Below are positions 10,149 to 19,413 of a stretch of DNA of 64,000 bases, piece by piece. The position numbers and the translations under genes are program-made. This DNA is from Candidatus Saccharimonadia bacterium. Lineage in GTDB: Bacteria; Patescibacteriota; Saccharimonadia; UBA4664; JBIOIQ01. Below the pieces are notes generated by a model. The model did not search any database. It was not told where the DNA came from and was given only the letters and a program-made list of their open reading frames with translations. Position 1 is the first letter of the stretch; each line of letters opens with the position of its first letter. Where the stretch lies: NCBI GenBank assembly GCA_044449985.1, contig JBIOIQ010000001.1, positions 280-64,279 of the forward strand, written 5' to 3'.

Positions 10149-10273
10149 TTTTACCGCTCCTTTGTCGAAGATCGTCTCCCGGAATTCTACCTCCAAAAGA
10201 TCCTAGTTGTTATAACATAAAAAGTGAAAATATTCTAGACTTTTGAATTGAGTTCGTTTATAATCCTCATGTT

Positions 10274-10747
10274 ATGAAGATCAACATTAGTTCAGGAGTC
10301 GGGACTGGCCCAACCAAATTATCGGCATTTGATGATGCTTTGATTAAGGCCGGAGTCGCCAATTATAATATTATCCGGCTGAGCTCAGTTATCCCACCGA
10401 ATACCAGCCTTCAAATAGTTGAACGGATAAGCCCAGACGGAAACTGGGGAGACCGCTTGTACGTGGTTATGGCTGATAAACGAGTTGATACTCCTAATGT
10501 GGAGGCTTGGGCAGGGATAGGTTGGGTCCAGGATGATAAAACGGGTAAAGGATTATTTGTTGAGCACGAAGGTAATAGCGAAGCAACCGTTAGACAGGAT
10601 ATCCAAGACAGCTTAAAAGCACTTATGAAAGGCAGGGATGTCGATTTTGGGCCGATATCCATGCACGTTACGGGTTCGATGTGTCACGGCGATCCGGTTT
10701 GCGCGCTAGTAGTCGCAGTTTACCAATCGAGCAGTTGGCAAAAATAG
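10274..10747 (+). CDS. pdaD: Pyruvoyl-dependent arginine decarboxylase
   Basis: AFDDALIKAGVANYNIIRLSSVIPP with the SS self-cleavage site. Confidence 0.85.
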   Translation: MKINISSGVGTGPTKLSAFDDALIKAGVANYNIIRLSSVIPPNTSLQIVERISPDGNWGDRLYVVMADKRVDTPNVEAWAGIGWVQDDKTGKGLFVEHEGNSEATVRQDIQDSLKALMKGRDVDFGPISMHVTGSMCHGDPVCALVVAVYQSSSWQK

Positions 10748-10792
10748 TTATGATTTTTTGTTATGATAGCGTAATGACGCCACAACTTTGTA

Positions 10793-11956
10793 ATGCCCGA
10801 GGCTAATCGAAGACATTATTGGGGTAGGTTGCGCAGGCAACTATCTCACCCTTATCACACCTTAAACCTACTTGAGATATCAAAGCAGGCCATACTGGCA
10901 AACTACGACTTAATCGCCGACCATCACCCGGGAATGGCAGTGATGCCGGTTTTAAAAGCTAACGCTTACGGTCACGGTATTAACGAAATTGCCGAGATTC
11001 TGACTGAAAGACGGTTTCCCTTTCTAATTGTGGATGGGTATTTTGAAGCCTTAAAACTGCGCCAAGCCTATAAACAGCCGATTCTGATTATGGGCTATAT
11101 CGACCCGATAAATTTTAGTGCAATGAAGACCAACGGTTTTAGCTTTGTTATTCACGACCATATAAGTCTTGAGACACTCGGTAGAATGCGCCGCTCAGTC
11201 AATATTCATCTTGAAATAAATACCGGTATGAATCGAAACGGGATCGACCCTAGCGAACTTGATTCATTTTTAACCGAGCTGGGAAAATATCAGAATGTTC
11301 ATCTCGAGGGGGTAATGTCGCATCTGGCTGATGCTGACGGCGAAAGCGACGAAACCACCGATCGGCAAGTTGAATTATTTGACCAATGCGTTGATAAAAT
11401 ACTCGAGGCTAATTTTAATCCAAAGCTCGTTCATATCGCCCAAACTGCCGGAAGCGAAAGAAAACAATCAAAACATGCCAATGCAATTCGTCTTGGAATC
11501 GGGTTATACGGCATCAATCCCTTTAGTGACGGACCAAACCAAAAAAACTTATCGGCTTTAGAGCCCGCGCTTAAACTCACCAGTACGATTTCCAAGGTAA
11601 TCCCGATAAAAAAGGGCGATCGCGTCAGTTATAATGGTATCTTCACGGCGGAAAAACCAACCCGGATAGGTGTTTTGCCCTTAGGGTATTACGAGGGTAT
11701 ACCGAGAAGTTTAAGTAACGCGGGTGAGGTCAAATGGGAGAATAGTTTTATGCCTATTCGAGGACGAGTTTGTATGAACCACACTATGATCGATCTTGGA
11801 AATTCAGAAGCCCGCTACGGTGACCAAGTAACCGTTATCTCGAGCGACCCCAAGGATATAAATTCAGTGGCGGAACTATCACGTCGTCACAATCTATTTA
11901 GTTATGAGCTCCTAGTCGGGTTGTCCGAATCGATTCGCCGGGTCATTCGTGAATAA
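10793..11956 (+). CDS. alr: Alanine racemase
   Basis: VLKANAYGHG PLP-lysine motif, GMNRNG, MSHLA, GRVCMN. Confidence 0.95.
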   Translation: MPEANRRHYWGRLRRQLSHPYHTLNLLEISKQAILANYDLIADHHPGMAVMPVLKANAYGHGINEIAEILTERRFPFLIVDGYFEALKLRQAYKQPILIMGYIDPINFSAMKTNGFSFVIHDHISLETLGRMRRSVNIHLEINTGMNRNGIDPSELDSFLTELGKYQNVHLEGVMSHLADADGESDETTDRQVELFDQCVDKILEANFNPKLVHIAQTAGSERKQSKHANAIRLGIGLYGINPFSDGPNQKNLSALEPALKLTSTISKVIPIKKGDRVSYNGIFTAEKPTRIGVLPLGYYEGIPRSLSNAGEVKWENSFMPIRGRVCMNHTMIDLGNSEARYGDQVTVISSDPKDINSVAELSRRHNLFSYELLVGLSESIRRVIRE

Positions 11957-11971
11957 ACATTTTCAAATTTA

Positions 11972-12769
11972 TTACTGTTTGAGTGCAGCAATCAAAAGAT
12001 TATCAAACAGTGCCGCAACGGTCATCGGTCCGACTCCGCCCGGATTAGGTGTAATTTTGATTCCTTCCCGCCCGTAGAGGTAGTGATCAACATCGCCGAC
12101 TAAATTGCCGTCAATCTCAGCCGTCCCAGCATCAACTACAACACAACCTGGTGAGATCATTTCGGTGGTAATGAGATTAGGCTTTCCAACGGCACTGATT
12201 ACTATATCGCAGCTTTGTAATGTTTGGCTTAAATTTTTCGTGCTTATGTCGCAACGAATTACTTTTGCAGCCTTTGACGCTTCAAGCATATTGGATAACG
12301 GCAGCCCAACAAGTCTTCCTTGACCGACAACACCAACCGTTTTGTCTTTCCAGGAAATGCCATAAGAACTGAGGAGCCAGAATATGGCTTTCGGTGTAGC
12401 CGGCTCATATTCGCTATCCGGATGCAAGCCATCGACATCTTTCGACGGTGCAACACTTCTAATCACCTCATCAGTGTCGACTCCTGGGAAAGGAAGTTGC
12501 ACGATAATTCCCGTCACTGCCGAATCATGATTAAGTTTAGAAATTAATCGCTTCACAGAAGCGGAATCACCATCAATTTCATGCACATCGATTAAAGCAC
12601 CGATATCTTCCCCATAGCGAGATTTGGAGCTGCGCACATAGACGCGCGTGGCCGCATCGGCAGCAATACTCATAACAATTGCAAGTTTTGGAGGGCGAGG
12701 GAGCGCGCGAACCTGCTCAAGATGACGCTGCTTTATATAGCTCGCGAGTTCTTTTCCGCCGAGAAGCAT
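11972..12769 (-). CDS. folD: Methylenetetrahydrofolate dehydrogenase/cyclohydrolase
   Basis: GIIVQLP, KDVDGL, PATP, VG.GRLVG.P, TPNPGGVGPMT. Confidence 0.92.
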   Translation of the reverse strand: MLLGGKELASYIKQRHLEQVRALPRPPKLAIVMSIAADAATRVYVRSSKSRYGEDIGALIDVHEIDGDSASVKRLISKLNHDSAVTGIIVQLPFPGVDTDEVIRSVAPSKDVDGLHPDSEYEPATPKAIFWLLSSYGISWKDKTVGVVGQGRLVGLPLSNMLEASKAAKVIRCDISTKNLSQTLQSCDIVISAVGKPNLITTEMISPGCVVVDAGTAEIDGNLVGDVDHYLYGREGIKITPNPGGVGPMTVAALFDNLLIAALKQ

Positions 12770-13476
12770 TAAAAAACCTCCAGAACTGCGGCGCGGCCAT
12801 CACTGACGAATTTATCGCCGTAAGCATTGGTGCCTTCCCCAGGTGGCTGAAATTGAATGTACCCGCGTAGTTTAGCTCCGCCCATAACCATGTCTTTGAC
12901 GATCACCTTGCGTTCATCATCAATACGCTCGTCAATTTCATGAACGGGCGGTGATAAGGGTGAAGTTTGTTTAATGCCTTTGTCATAGCTGGCATGGGCA
13001 ATCCAAATAGTTTTACCAGAATTATCAGCTAGGTTTGTCGGCCAAAACCTGGCGTGGTGACGCTGCTCGAACTGATTGAGTGGGGTTGGTTTCTGATAAC
13101 TGAGTCGCTGCTGTTTATCACCAACAAATATAGGGGTAAATGGACCCGTCAGATACTGCGCATGAAAAACCAGCGCAAAAAAGGCTTTTACTAATACCCA
13201 TGGTGTAATTGGATCACCCTTATACCAGCCGGAGTCCTCAAGAACCCGAACTAGTTTTTCTTCATCTCCGACAATAATCAGATTCATCCATTCCATCGGT
13301 TTGCCACCCGCATAGTAACCCCACTTGGGGAGTTGCTCAACTACTCCGGAGCTAAGTCCTACTTTGCTTAAGTTACTCGCTGACGCACTGGTATAGGGCA
13401 GATCCCTTTTTTTGGCACGGCGATAGAGGGCATAAATGCCGATAGCGAGCGGAGCAAAGATAAATCGTTTTTTCAT
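12769..13476 (-). CDS. LssY C-terminal-like domain protein
   Basis: MNLIIVG, QRHHARFW, ASYDKG, HEIDERIDDER, DKFVSDG. Confidence 0.7.
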   Translation of the reverse strand: MKKRFIFAPLAIGIYALYRRAKKRDLPYTSASASNLSKVGLSSGVVEQLPKWGYYAGGKPMEWMNLIIVGDEEKLVRVLEDSGWYKGDPITPWVLVKAFFALVFHAQYLTGPFTPIFVGDKQQRLSYQKPTPLNQFEQRHHARFWPTNLADNSGKTIWIAHASYDKGIKQTSPLSPPVHEIDERIDDERKVIVKDMVMGGAKLRGYIQFQPPGEGTNAYGDKFVSDGRAAVLEVF

Positions 13477-14084
13477 ATTGGTTTTACCAATTCAGAGACA
13501 TCAATAGTATGTGGCCAAGAGGCCGCGGTTTTGTGATTATACTCCTTTATATCCTTTGTTTCTACATAGTGCGCTTTTTTCGGATCGCTTAAATGATCAA
13601 TAAACAAAATGCCATTTAAATGATCAATCTCGTGCTGAAGTAGTGCTGATGCCCAACCACGGGCTTCAATCGTGATGACGTTGCCGGACCGATCGAGCGC
13701 ACGCACCGTAACCGTTTGATGACGAGCTACCATCCCCCAAATTTTCGCAAAATTGACACAACCTTCCCGTCTTGTAACCAGCCCTTTACTGGCTTTAATT
13801 ATTTCCGGATTTATAAGAACATGAATATCATGAAATTTCTTACTCCCAATTGCGAGATCTACCACACTGAGCCTGCGCATAAATCCAACTTGGGGGCCAG
13901 ATAATCCAACGGTCATAGGACGAGTCGATGAGCGTTCGTCACCTTTATTATTATGACCATAAACATAACTTAAAAGTCGCTCGATACTAGCCTGCATCTC
14001 AAGGGTATGCAGTTCTTTTCGAGTAATTGGTTCGGCAATATGCCGGAGCAAGTGATCATTTGATGATAAGGCTTCGAGTTCCAC
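13473..14084 (-). CDS. def: Peptide deformylase
   Basis: GLSGPQVG, EGC, QHEIDHLNG motifs. Confidence 0.92.
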   Translation of the reverse strand: MELEALSSNDHLLRHIAEPITRKELHTLEMQASIERLLSYVYGHNNKGDERSSTRPMTVGLSGPQVGFMRRLSVVDLAIGSKKFHDIHVLINPEIIKASKGLVTRREGCVNFAKIWGMVARHQTVTVRALDRSGNVITIEARGWASALLQHEIDHLNGILFIDHLSDPKKAHYVETKDIKEYNHKTAASWPHTIDVSELVKPI

Positions 14085-14200
14085 GAGCGTAAGTATACCA
14101 AAAATGGGTCATCCTTTTAGCACACTAATAAACTAGCTTTTGTAACAGCGAAAGCTCGCCTACCTTTGCAGAGACCAAGTTAACCGATTACGATAAGACA

Positions 14201-14923
14201 ATGAAGCGCTCACTACCTAGTTCAAATGAACCACCATACAGTGGTTTTGCGCAGTATTATGACGAGGCAATGGGTGATCAATCGGCAAAGATTACTCTCC
14301 TTAAAGGTTTGGTCGCAGAATACGCACCAACGGCACGCAAGATCCTTGAGCTGGCTTGCGGAACTGGCACGATTCTAGAAGGTTTTTCCAATAATTTTTT
14401 ATTGACGGGTATCGATTTGTCCCCTGAAATGCTTAGCATTGCGCGCACCAAAGCACCATCCGCAAAACTACTTAAAGGAGATATGCGTAATTTTACATTG
14501 GACGAGCAATATGACGTTGTATTATGTATTTTTAACTCAATTAATCACTTGACCAATTTTAGTGATTGGTTAGTTGTGTTCAGGCGAGCGTGGGAACACT
14601 TACTGCCTGACGGAATATTTATTTTTGATGTAAATACTTTAGAGCGGCTGAAGAAAATCTCTCAACTTAGCACGTCATACGACGAGCTAAGTCATGGGGA
14701 GCTTTGGATCGAGCTTTGTCAAATCAAGAAGCAATTCCGTTGGATAATCCACATGAGACCCAAAGATAGCGACCATGAATATATCGAGACATTCGACGAA
14801 ATAGCCGTACCGACCGAAATAATTTCAACCAACCTTGAAAGGGATTTCAAATTGCTCGAAGTTATTACGAAAACTGGTTATGAGGGCGAGGCTATTCTTT
14901 ACTTTGTCGCCCAAAAGATATAA
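14201..14923 (+). CDS. Class I SAM-dependent methyltransferase
   Basis: ILELACGTG, GIDLSPEML, GDMR. Confidence 0.9.
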   Translation: MKRSLPSSNEPPYSGFAQYYDEAMGDQSAKITLLKGLVAEYAPTARKILELACGTGTILEGFSNNFLLTGIDLSPEMLSIARTKAPSAKLLKGDMRNFTLDEQYDVVLCIFNSINHLTNFSDWLVVFRRAWEHLLPDGIFIFDVNTLERLKKISQLSTSYDELSHGELWIELCQIKKQFRWIIHMRPKDSDHEYIETFDEIAVPTEIISTNLERDFKLLEVITKTGYEGEAILYFVAQKI

Positions 14924-14935
14924 CTGGGCGAGGTG

Positions 14936-15094
14936 CTAATGCGTTTTCCAGCCTTGCCAGATATAACTCGCTACCAATTCGAATTCCAAATCCCGGAAGT
15001 TGGGCGTAAAATTTGCAGGTTTTCGAAAATGGTTTGCCCTCGCGAAGGAGCGCTTAAATGACCCGGGAAGACGAACATTTTTTGAAATATTCAT
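14936..15094 (-). CDS. 52-aa hypothetical basic peptide
   Basis: ATG 15094 preceded by GAGGTGG; MNISKNVRLPGSFKRSFARANHFRKPANFTPNFRDLEFELVASYIWQGWKTH. Confidence 0.4.
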   Translation of the reverse strand: MNISKNVRLPGSFKRSFARANHFRKPANFTPNFRDLEFELVASYIWQGWKTH

Positions 15095-15149
15095 AAGAAT
15101 TTTCCACCTCACTATGACGGTATTAAGCCATAATACGGGGGCTCCGAGC

Positions 15150-15165
15150 CGTGATTATCGTCACA
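15150..15165. promoter_or_regulatory. CRP/FNR-type operator upstream of the crp-like gene
   Basis: CGTGA-TTATCG-TCACA (1 mismatch to TGTGA-N6-TCACA). Confidence 0.65.
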
Positions 15166-15190
15166 TTTAAGAGTATCATCAGTTTAGATT

Positions 15191-15862
15191 ATGCAAGCTA
15201 ACACTTTATCTGAATTATTTTCATCCGGGCATAAAAAGACTTTTAGTAAAAATGAAATAATATTACGTGCCGGTGAAGTTCCCGAAGGAGTTTATCAAAT
15301 TGTATCGGGTATGGTGAAAGTTTACTCAATAACTGACGAGGGTGAAGAAAATATCCACATCATCTATAAGCCACTTGAGGTCTTTCCTTTTATATGGGCT
15401 TTCAAAGGAGTTGTTCGCGATATTTTTTATGAGGCGATGGAGTCAGTTACCGTTCAAATAATCTCACGTACTAAATTTTTAGATTCGGCAAAACACGATC
15501 CGAATTTTTCATTTCAAATTGCCGAGCAAATTGCGGAACAATTTTTTATCTACGCTGATCGACTGGATAATCTCGAATACACTACTGCCTACGCGCGAAT
15601 CGTCTATCGGATTTTATTTCTGGCCCACCGCTTCGGTCATCAATCGGGCAAAAAGATCATAATTCATGCGCCGATTACGCACCATGCTATTGCCAGTTCG
15701 GTCAATGTTGCTCGGGAAACAGCCAGTCGAGAAATTGAACTCCTTGTTAAAAAAGGTTTAATAACGCAAACCAATAAAGAAATAACAATTCCAGATATTG
15801 AAAAACTGGCTGCGGAAATTGGTTCCAATGTAAATTTAGAAACTTGGAACATGGGCAACTAG
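15191..15862 (+). CDS. Crp/Fnr-family transcriptional regulator
   Basis: cNMP-type beta-roll (VYQIVSGMVKVY) and C-terminal HTH ITHHAIASSVNVARETASRE. Confidence 0.92.
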   Translation: MQANTLSELFSSGHKKTFSKNEIILRAGEVPEGVYQIVSGMVKVYSITDEGEENIHIIYKPLEVFPFIWAFKGVVRDIFYEAMESVTVQIISRTKFLDSAKHDPNFSFQIAEQIAEQFFIYADRLDNLEYTTAYARIVYRILFLAHRFGHQSGKKIIIHAPITHHAIASSVNVARETASREIELLVKKGLITQTNKEITIPDIEKLAAEIGSNVNLETWNMGN

Positions 15863-16236
15863 TAACGAGCCACTACGGCGGGAGTGGACAGGGGCGAAGA
15901 GTAAGACTCGCTGGTTTCCCAAATTCTCACCCTTTTTTTAACTTCTGTCGGTAGGCCACTTGGCAAAATATAACATTGCCATTTCTTCGATCTTCCCAAG
16001 ATCTCCAGATGATAGATTAGCTTTCCGCTACCTGCAACTTTCGTTCGATACATTCGAAACTTTCCCCTATCTAGCTCGAGTAATGGATGATGCAAAGATC
16101 TACTAAGCTCAAGGATTTGTCCTATTTTCGCTAAATTGAGCCATACGTAGCTTACCTCTTCAAGACAAAGCAGCCTCGTCCCCCCGACGCTTTCGAACAT
16201 ATGAAACTGACCGGTCTTAACTATCTGTATCATCAC
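15859..16236 (-). CDS. Hypothetical protein
   Basis: 125-aa ORF overlapping the upstream ORF end. Confidence 0.6.
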   Translation of the reverse strand: MMIQIVKTGQFHMFESVGGTRLLCLEEVSYVWLNLAKIGQILELSRSLHHPLLELDRGKFRMYRTKVAGSGKLIYHLEILGRSKKWQCYILPSGLPTEVKKRVRIWETSESYSSPLSTPAVVARY

Positions 16237-16528
16237 CTGCTTGCTCGAGTAGTTTTATTAGTACACCTTGTTCAGCTAGAAATGGATCGTTAGAAACATA
16301 CGATACTCTGGCATGTTCTAAGCCGTCTTCGTCGTAGACGATAGCTTCGGACATCACTAATTCATCTTCATCCGGAATGTTGACGAAATTCAGGCTTATT
16401 TGATATCCCGGTCGGGCACGCAAGTATGCATTATCGACCCGGTCGAGAAGTTCCCCATGCTCACGTCCAAATCGTGAACTAACAGAAACTGCCCTGGTAA
16501 GTGGTTTAGATTTGTAGATTGTAGTCAT
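16217..16528 (-). CDS. Hypothetical protein
   Basis: 103-aa ORF with strong GGAGGGGG RBS. Confidence 0.65.
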   Translation of the reverse strand: MTTIYKSKPLTRAVSVSSRFGREHGELLDRVDNAYLRARPGYQISLNFVNIPDEDELVMSEAIVYDEDGLEHARVSYVSNDPFLAEQGVLIKLLEQAGDDTDS

Positions 16529-16579
16529 ATCCCCCTCCTGCTTACAAGATTAAGCCAATCAGGAAATATTGTCGGTGAG

Positions 16580-17002
16580 CTAGCTCACCTTTTTTGAGCT
16601 ATCCGCAATTAGTCCCCATAAATAACTACCCAAGGCTATTAAGAATGCTGTTGCCATAACGTAGGAATAAACCGGTGACTGTTGATCAATAAAAGCTGCT
16701 CCGCCAAAACCTGCGAATAATATTGCACAAAAACCAACGAGAGCTGGTATTTTCCAGGTCACAGAATTGTTTTTATAAGCTTGTGATAAAAGTATTAGAG
16801 AACTAATGAGTAGTCCAAAAGCGAGTAAGATGTGCAGGGCGATCGGTATCTGATGCCAAGCATATTCCCATAGCTTGCCGGAGACCTTGGTTTTAGGAAA
16901 AGTTACATAAATATTTGCCCACATACCTAGTAAATATTGGACACCCAACATGATAAGTATCCCAATGGCACGTTTTGAGAGTCTCGAAAATTGTTTCATC
17001 AA
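16580..17002 (-). CDS. 4-TM membrane protein
   Basis: Hydrophobic 140-aa ORF (QYLLGMWANIYVTFP, ALHILL); TATAAT directly upstream. Confidence 0.75.
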   Translation of the reverse strand: MMKQFSRLSKRAIGILIMLGVQYLLGMWANIYVTFPKTKVSGKLWEYAWHQIPIALHILLAFGLLISSLILLSQAYKNNSVTWKIPALVGFCAILFAGFGGAAFIDQQSPVYSYVMATAFLIALGSYLWGLIADSSKKVS

Positions 17003-17127
17003 TAATTATACTAATCCTGGTTGAATGTTAATGACAAGCAACAAGCGTTATTGGCACAGCGATACTGAATATTTCGCAAATTAGCTAGCCAGATTAAAAC
17101 TCATGAACCCAAATTTTCGATATTCTA

Positions 17128-17337
17128 TTAAATAACGTTACGGTTTTTATGTATCAAATACATTTTGATCGTCCCCGAAAGCCAACCGACGAAGTACCCG
17201 TAAAATATCAGCGAAACGTCTTTTAACTGGACTTTTGTATCTAGCTTCCAGACCAACAAAAACACAATTATCCAGGCGAGAAATAATCCTAAACTATACT
17301 GCCACCAAGCTTTAGTCCAAGTTTTCATCTTCATCAT
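17128..17337 (-). CDS. Small 2-TM membrane protein
   Basis: 69-aa hydrophobic ORF; TATAAT immediately upstream. Confidence 0.6.
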   Translation of the reverse strand: MMKMKTWTKAWWQYSLGLFLAWIIVFLLVWKLDTKVQLKDVSLIFYGYFVGWLSGTIKMYLIHKNRNVI

Positions 17338-17407
17338 TATACAACTGAATCTTCCGGACAGAAGGATATCCCCTTAGTACAGAATATTTTCGCCGTGGTT
17401 CTAGTAA

Positions 17408-17749
17408 CTAAGATTTATAAATGTCTTCTAGTCTGACTTGAAGCAAGTTACGAATCAGCTCATCTGGAATAAGGTTATCTAAGCTGTACCTAATAGTCCC
17501 TCGAGACAGCTTATATCCGGTTAATTTATCTTTTAACACTGCAATTGGTCTCGAAGTAGGAAAAAGACTTAAATGATTCGGAAAAGCAGCGAAGTAAACA
17601 AGCGGCTTATTTTGAACGAAAAAAGTTGGTAGTTTATAGCTAATTCGTTCGGTAGCTTCGGGCGCGAGCTCTTTTACAATCGCTCGAATTCTTTCAAATT
17701 CAATCAATTCTTCAGGCTTCAGATTAGATAAATAGTCTTCAATACTCAT
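17408..17749 (-). CDS. DUF1801 (YdhG-like) protein
   Basis: SIEDYL, ERISYKLPTF, YFAAFPNHLSLFP, SRGTIRY. Confidence 0.85.
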   Translation of the reverse strand: MSIEDYLSNLKPEELIEFERIRAIVKELAPEATERISYKLPTFFVQNKPLVYFAAFPNHLSLFPTSRPIAVLKDKLTGYKLSRGTIRYSLDNLIPDELIRNLLQVRLEDIYKS

Positions 17750-17751
17750 AT

Positions 17752-18648
17752 TTATAAAAGCTTAGATCGCTCGAATGTCTCCGAAGCTTTGGCAAATGTT
17801 GTTTTGTGACTTATAAAGAAATCGATCATCATAAAAACTCCTACCCACTTTTGATATATTATCGCACGGTTTAGAAAAGTGTCATCTTTTGGGGCTTCGT
17901 AATATTGGTACACGAGCCGGACGAATTCCTCACCATATTCATACAACTCCGCGAAATCGTACGCCGGATCACCAATGTTCATATCGCTAAAATCTATAAT
18001 ACCTAAATTCATCTGGCCGGCGTCCCAAAGTAAATGAGTGCTATAAATATCACCGTGCAAAAGTACGGCCGGCAGGTTATTTAACACCAATCCTTCAACG
18101 TCGGTAAGAATCATCTCGACCAATTGAAAATCTCTATGAGATAGGGACGGTTTTAAGTATTTCTCCACTTGGATTCTATCTTCTGATCGAGTTTCTAACA
18201 GATCAGATAGAGGAACTTCTTGAAAATTATAGCCCTTCGAAATACAGGTATGTAAAAGTGTTAGAAAGCTGGCAATTTTCCGTGCGATTTCATTAACTTC
18301 TTTACGACTCAGCCGATCGAAGATGTCTTTAGTTAATGTCGTTCCACTTATATAATTATAGCCCGCAAATTTTTTATCTTCCGAAATATAGCTATATTTA
18401 GGAATGGTGACTGAGTCCACGAGTGGCGCGAGCTTTTCGAGCACGGCAATTTCAACGGTAAGCTGTTCTAGGTAATCCGGATCATTCGGAAATCGAAAGA
18501 CAATTTGATTATCCAAAATAATGACTTCATGATCCCACCCTTCATCAACATATTGGTAATTTGACCAATTTAATTTCGGGAAATTATGCCGAATTTTGTT
18601 AAGCAATACTGTCGGGTTGGATGAGTTATGTTTACTCGACTGGGTCAT
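17752..18648 (-). CDS. Aminoglycoside phosphotransferase-family kinase (APH(2'')-like)
   Basis: GWDHEV, VFRFP, Brenner motif LHGDIYSTHLL, GIIDFSD..IGDPAYDF. Confidence 0.85.
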   Translation of the reverse strand: MTQSSKHNSSNPTVLLNKIRHNFPKLNWSNYQYVDEGWDHEVIILDNQIVFRFPNDPDYLEQLTVEIAVLEKLAPLVDSVTIPKYSYISEDKKFAGYNYISGTTLTKDIFDRLSRKEVNEIARKIASFLTLLHTCISKGYNFQEVPLSDLLETRSEDRIQVEKYLKPSLSHRDFQLVEMILTDVEGLVLNNLPAVLLHGDIYSTHLLWDAGQMNLGIIDFSDMNIGDPAYDFAELYEYGEEFVRLVYQYYEAPKDDTFLNRAIIYQKWVGVFMMIDFFISHKTTFAKASETFERSKLL

Positions 18649-18697
18649 AATGTTATTTTAACAACTTAAACCGGAATACGTTTTCTTAATAAGAATA

Positions 18698-18732
18698 TGG
18701 AGGTCCTTAGTGTAGACTATTGTGAATAGATT
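18698..18732. repeat. Degenerate tRNA-Lys-3'-end hybrid repeat (att-like), copy 4
   Basis: TGGAGGTCCTT-AGTGTAGACTATTGTGAATAGATT. Confidence 0.6.
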
Positions 18733-18803
18733 GCAGGCATATACAGCAAGGTATGTCGTTAGTTTTGGGTAGTGTTATCTTAATACTCCACTTATTCAAA
18801 TCT

Positions 18804-19265
18804 TTATTCTTCTAACTCGATTAGGTGTTGATGCTGCCATTCTCGTTCTTTTGCTACAGCTGCATCAACTTCTGTCGGAGGGCTAGCTCTATGGATAGCT
18901 TGCAGAGCGTAGATTGCGGCACCTACAGAGTGTGTGGGAACATGTGCAGTCGCCACTGCCTGGCCAGCGGAGCGCGCTGATGAGCGTGCGGGGCTATCCT
19001 TGCCCACTTCACGAGCAGCAGTGTGAGCTGCAAGAGATGCCTTCCGTATCAAAGACATTTTGAATACTCCTGTGTCAATCCATGCCTGGAGTGTTTCAAT
19101 GGCTTGTCTGGGTCTATGGTCATTTGGAAATTTGTCCTCAAAATATGGCATGACGCGTTCCGTGCAGTCAATTGCCCAAATAGCCAATGTTTTATGGCCA
19201 ACTTCTTTAATATCTTCTAGAAATTCACCTTTGTAATGAGTTAGCGAGAACTTAGATTTTTCCAT
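18804..19265 (-). CDS. Imm5-like putative immunity protein
   Basis: HKTLAIWAIDCTERVMPYFE, DHRPRQAI, AARSAGQAVATAHVPTH. Confidence 0.8.
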   Translation of the reverse strand: MEKSKFSLTHYKGEFLEDIKEVGHKTLAIWAIDCTERVMPYFEDKFPNDHRPRQAIETLQAWIDTGVFKMSLIRKASLAAHTAAREVGKDSPARSSARSAGQAVATAHVPTHSVGAAIYALQAIHRASPPTEVDAAVAKEREWQHQHLIELEE

Positions 19266-19347
19266 TATTTACATGGTAACAAAAAGAACCGTTCATACGG
19301 CTATTTGGTTACAATAGTTTTCAATTAAGTTCTGAACAGGGAAATCT

Positions 19348-19382
19348 TGGAGGGCCATTGTGCATGCTGTAGCAACTAAAAT
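19348..19382. repeat. tRNA-Lys-3'-end hybrid repeat (att-like), copy 3
   Basis: TGGAGGGCCAT (11/11 identical to the tRNA end at 21711)-TGTGCATGCTGTAGCAACTAAAAT. Confidence 0.75.
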
Positions 19383-19413
19383 TAATACTATTCAACCTCA
19401 ACACATAGCGGAC

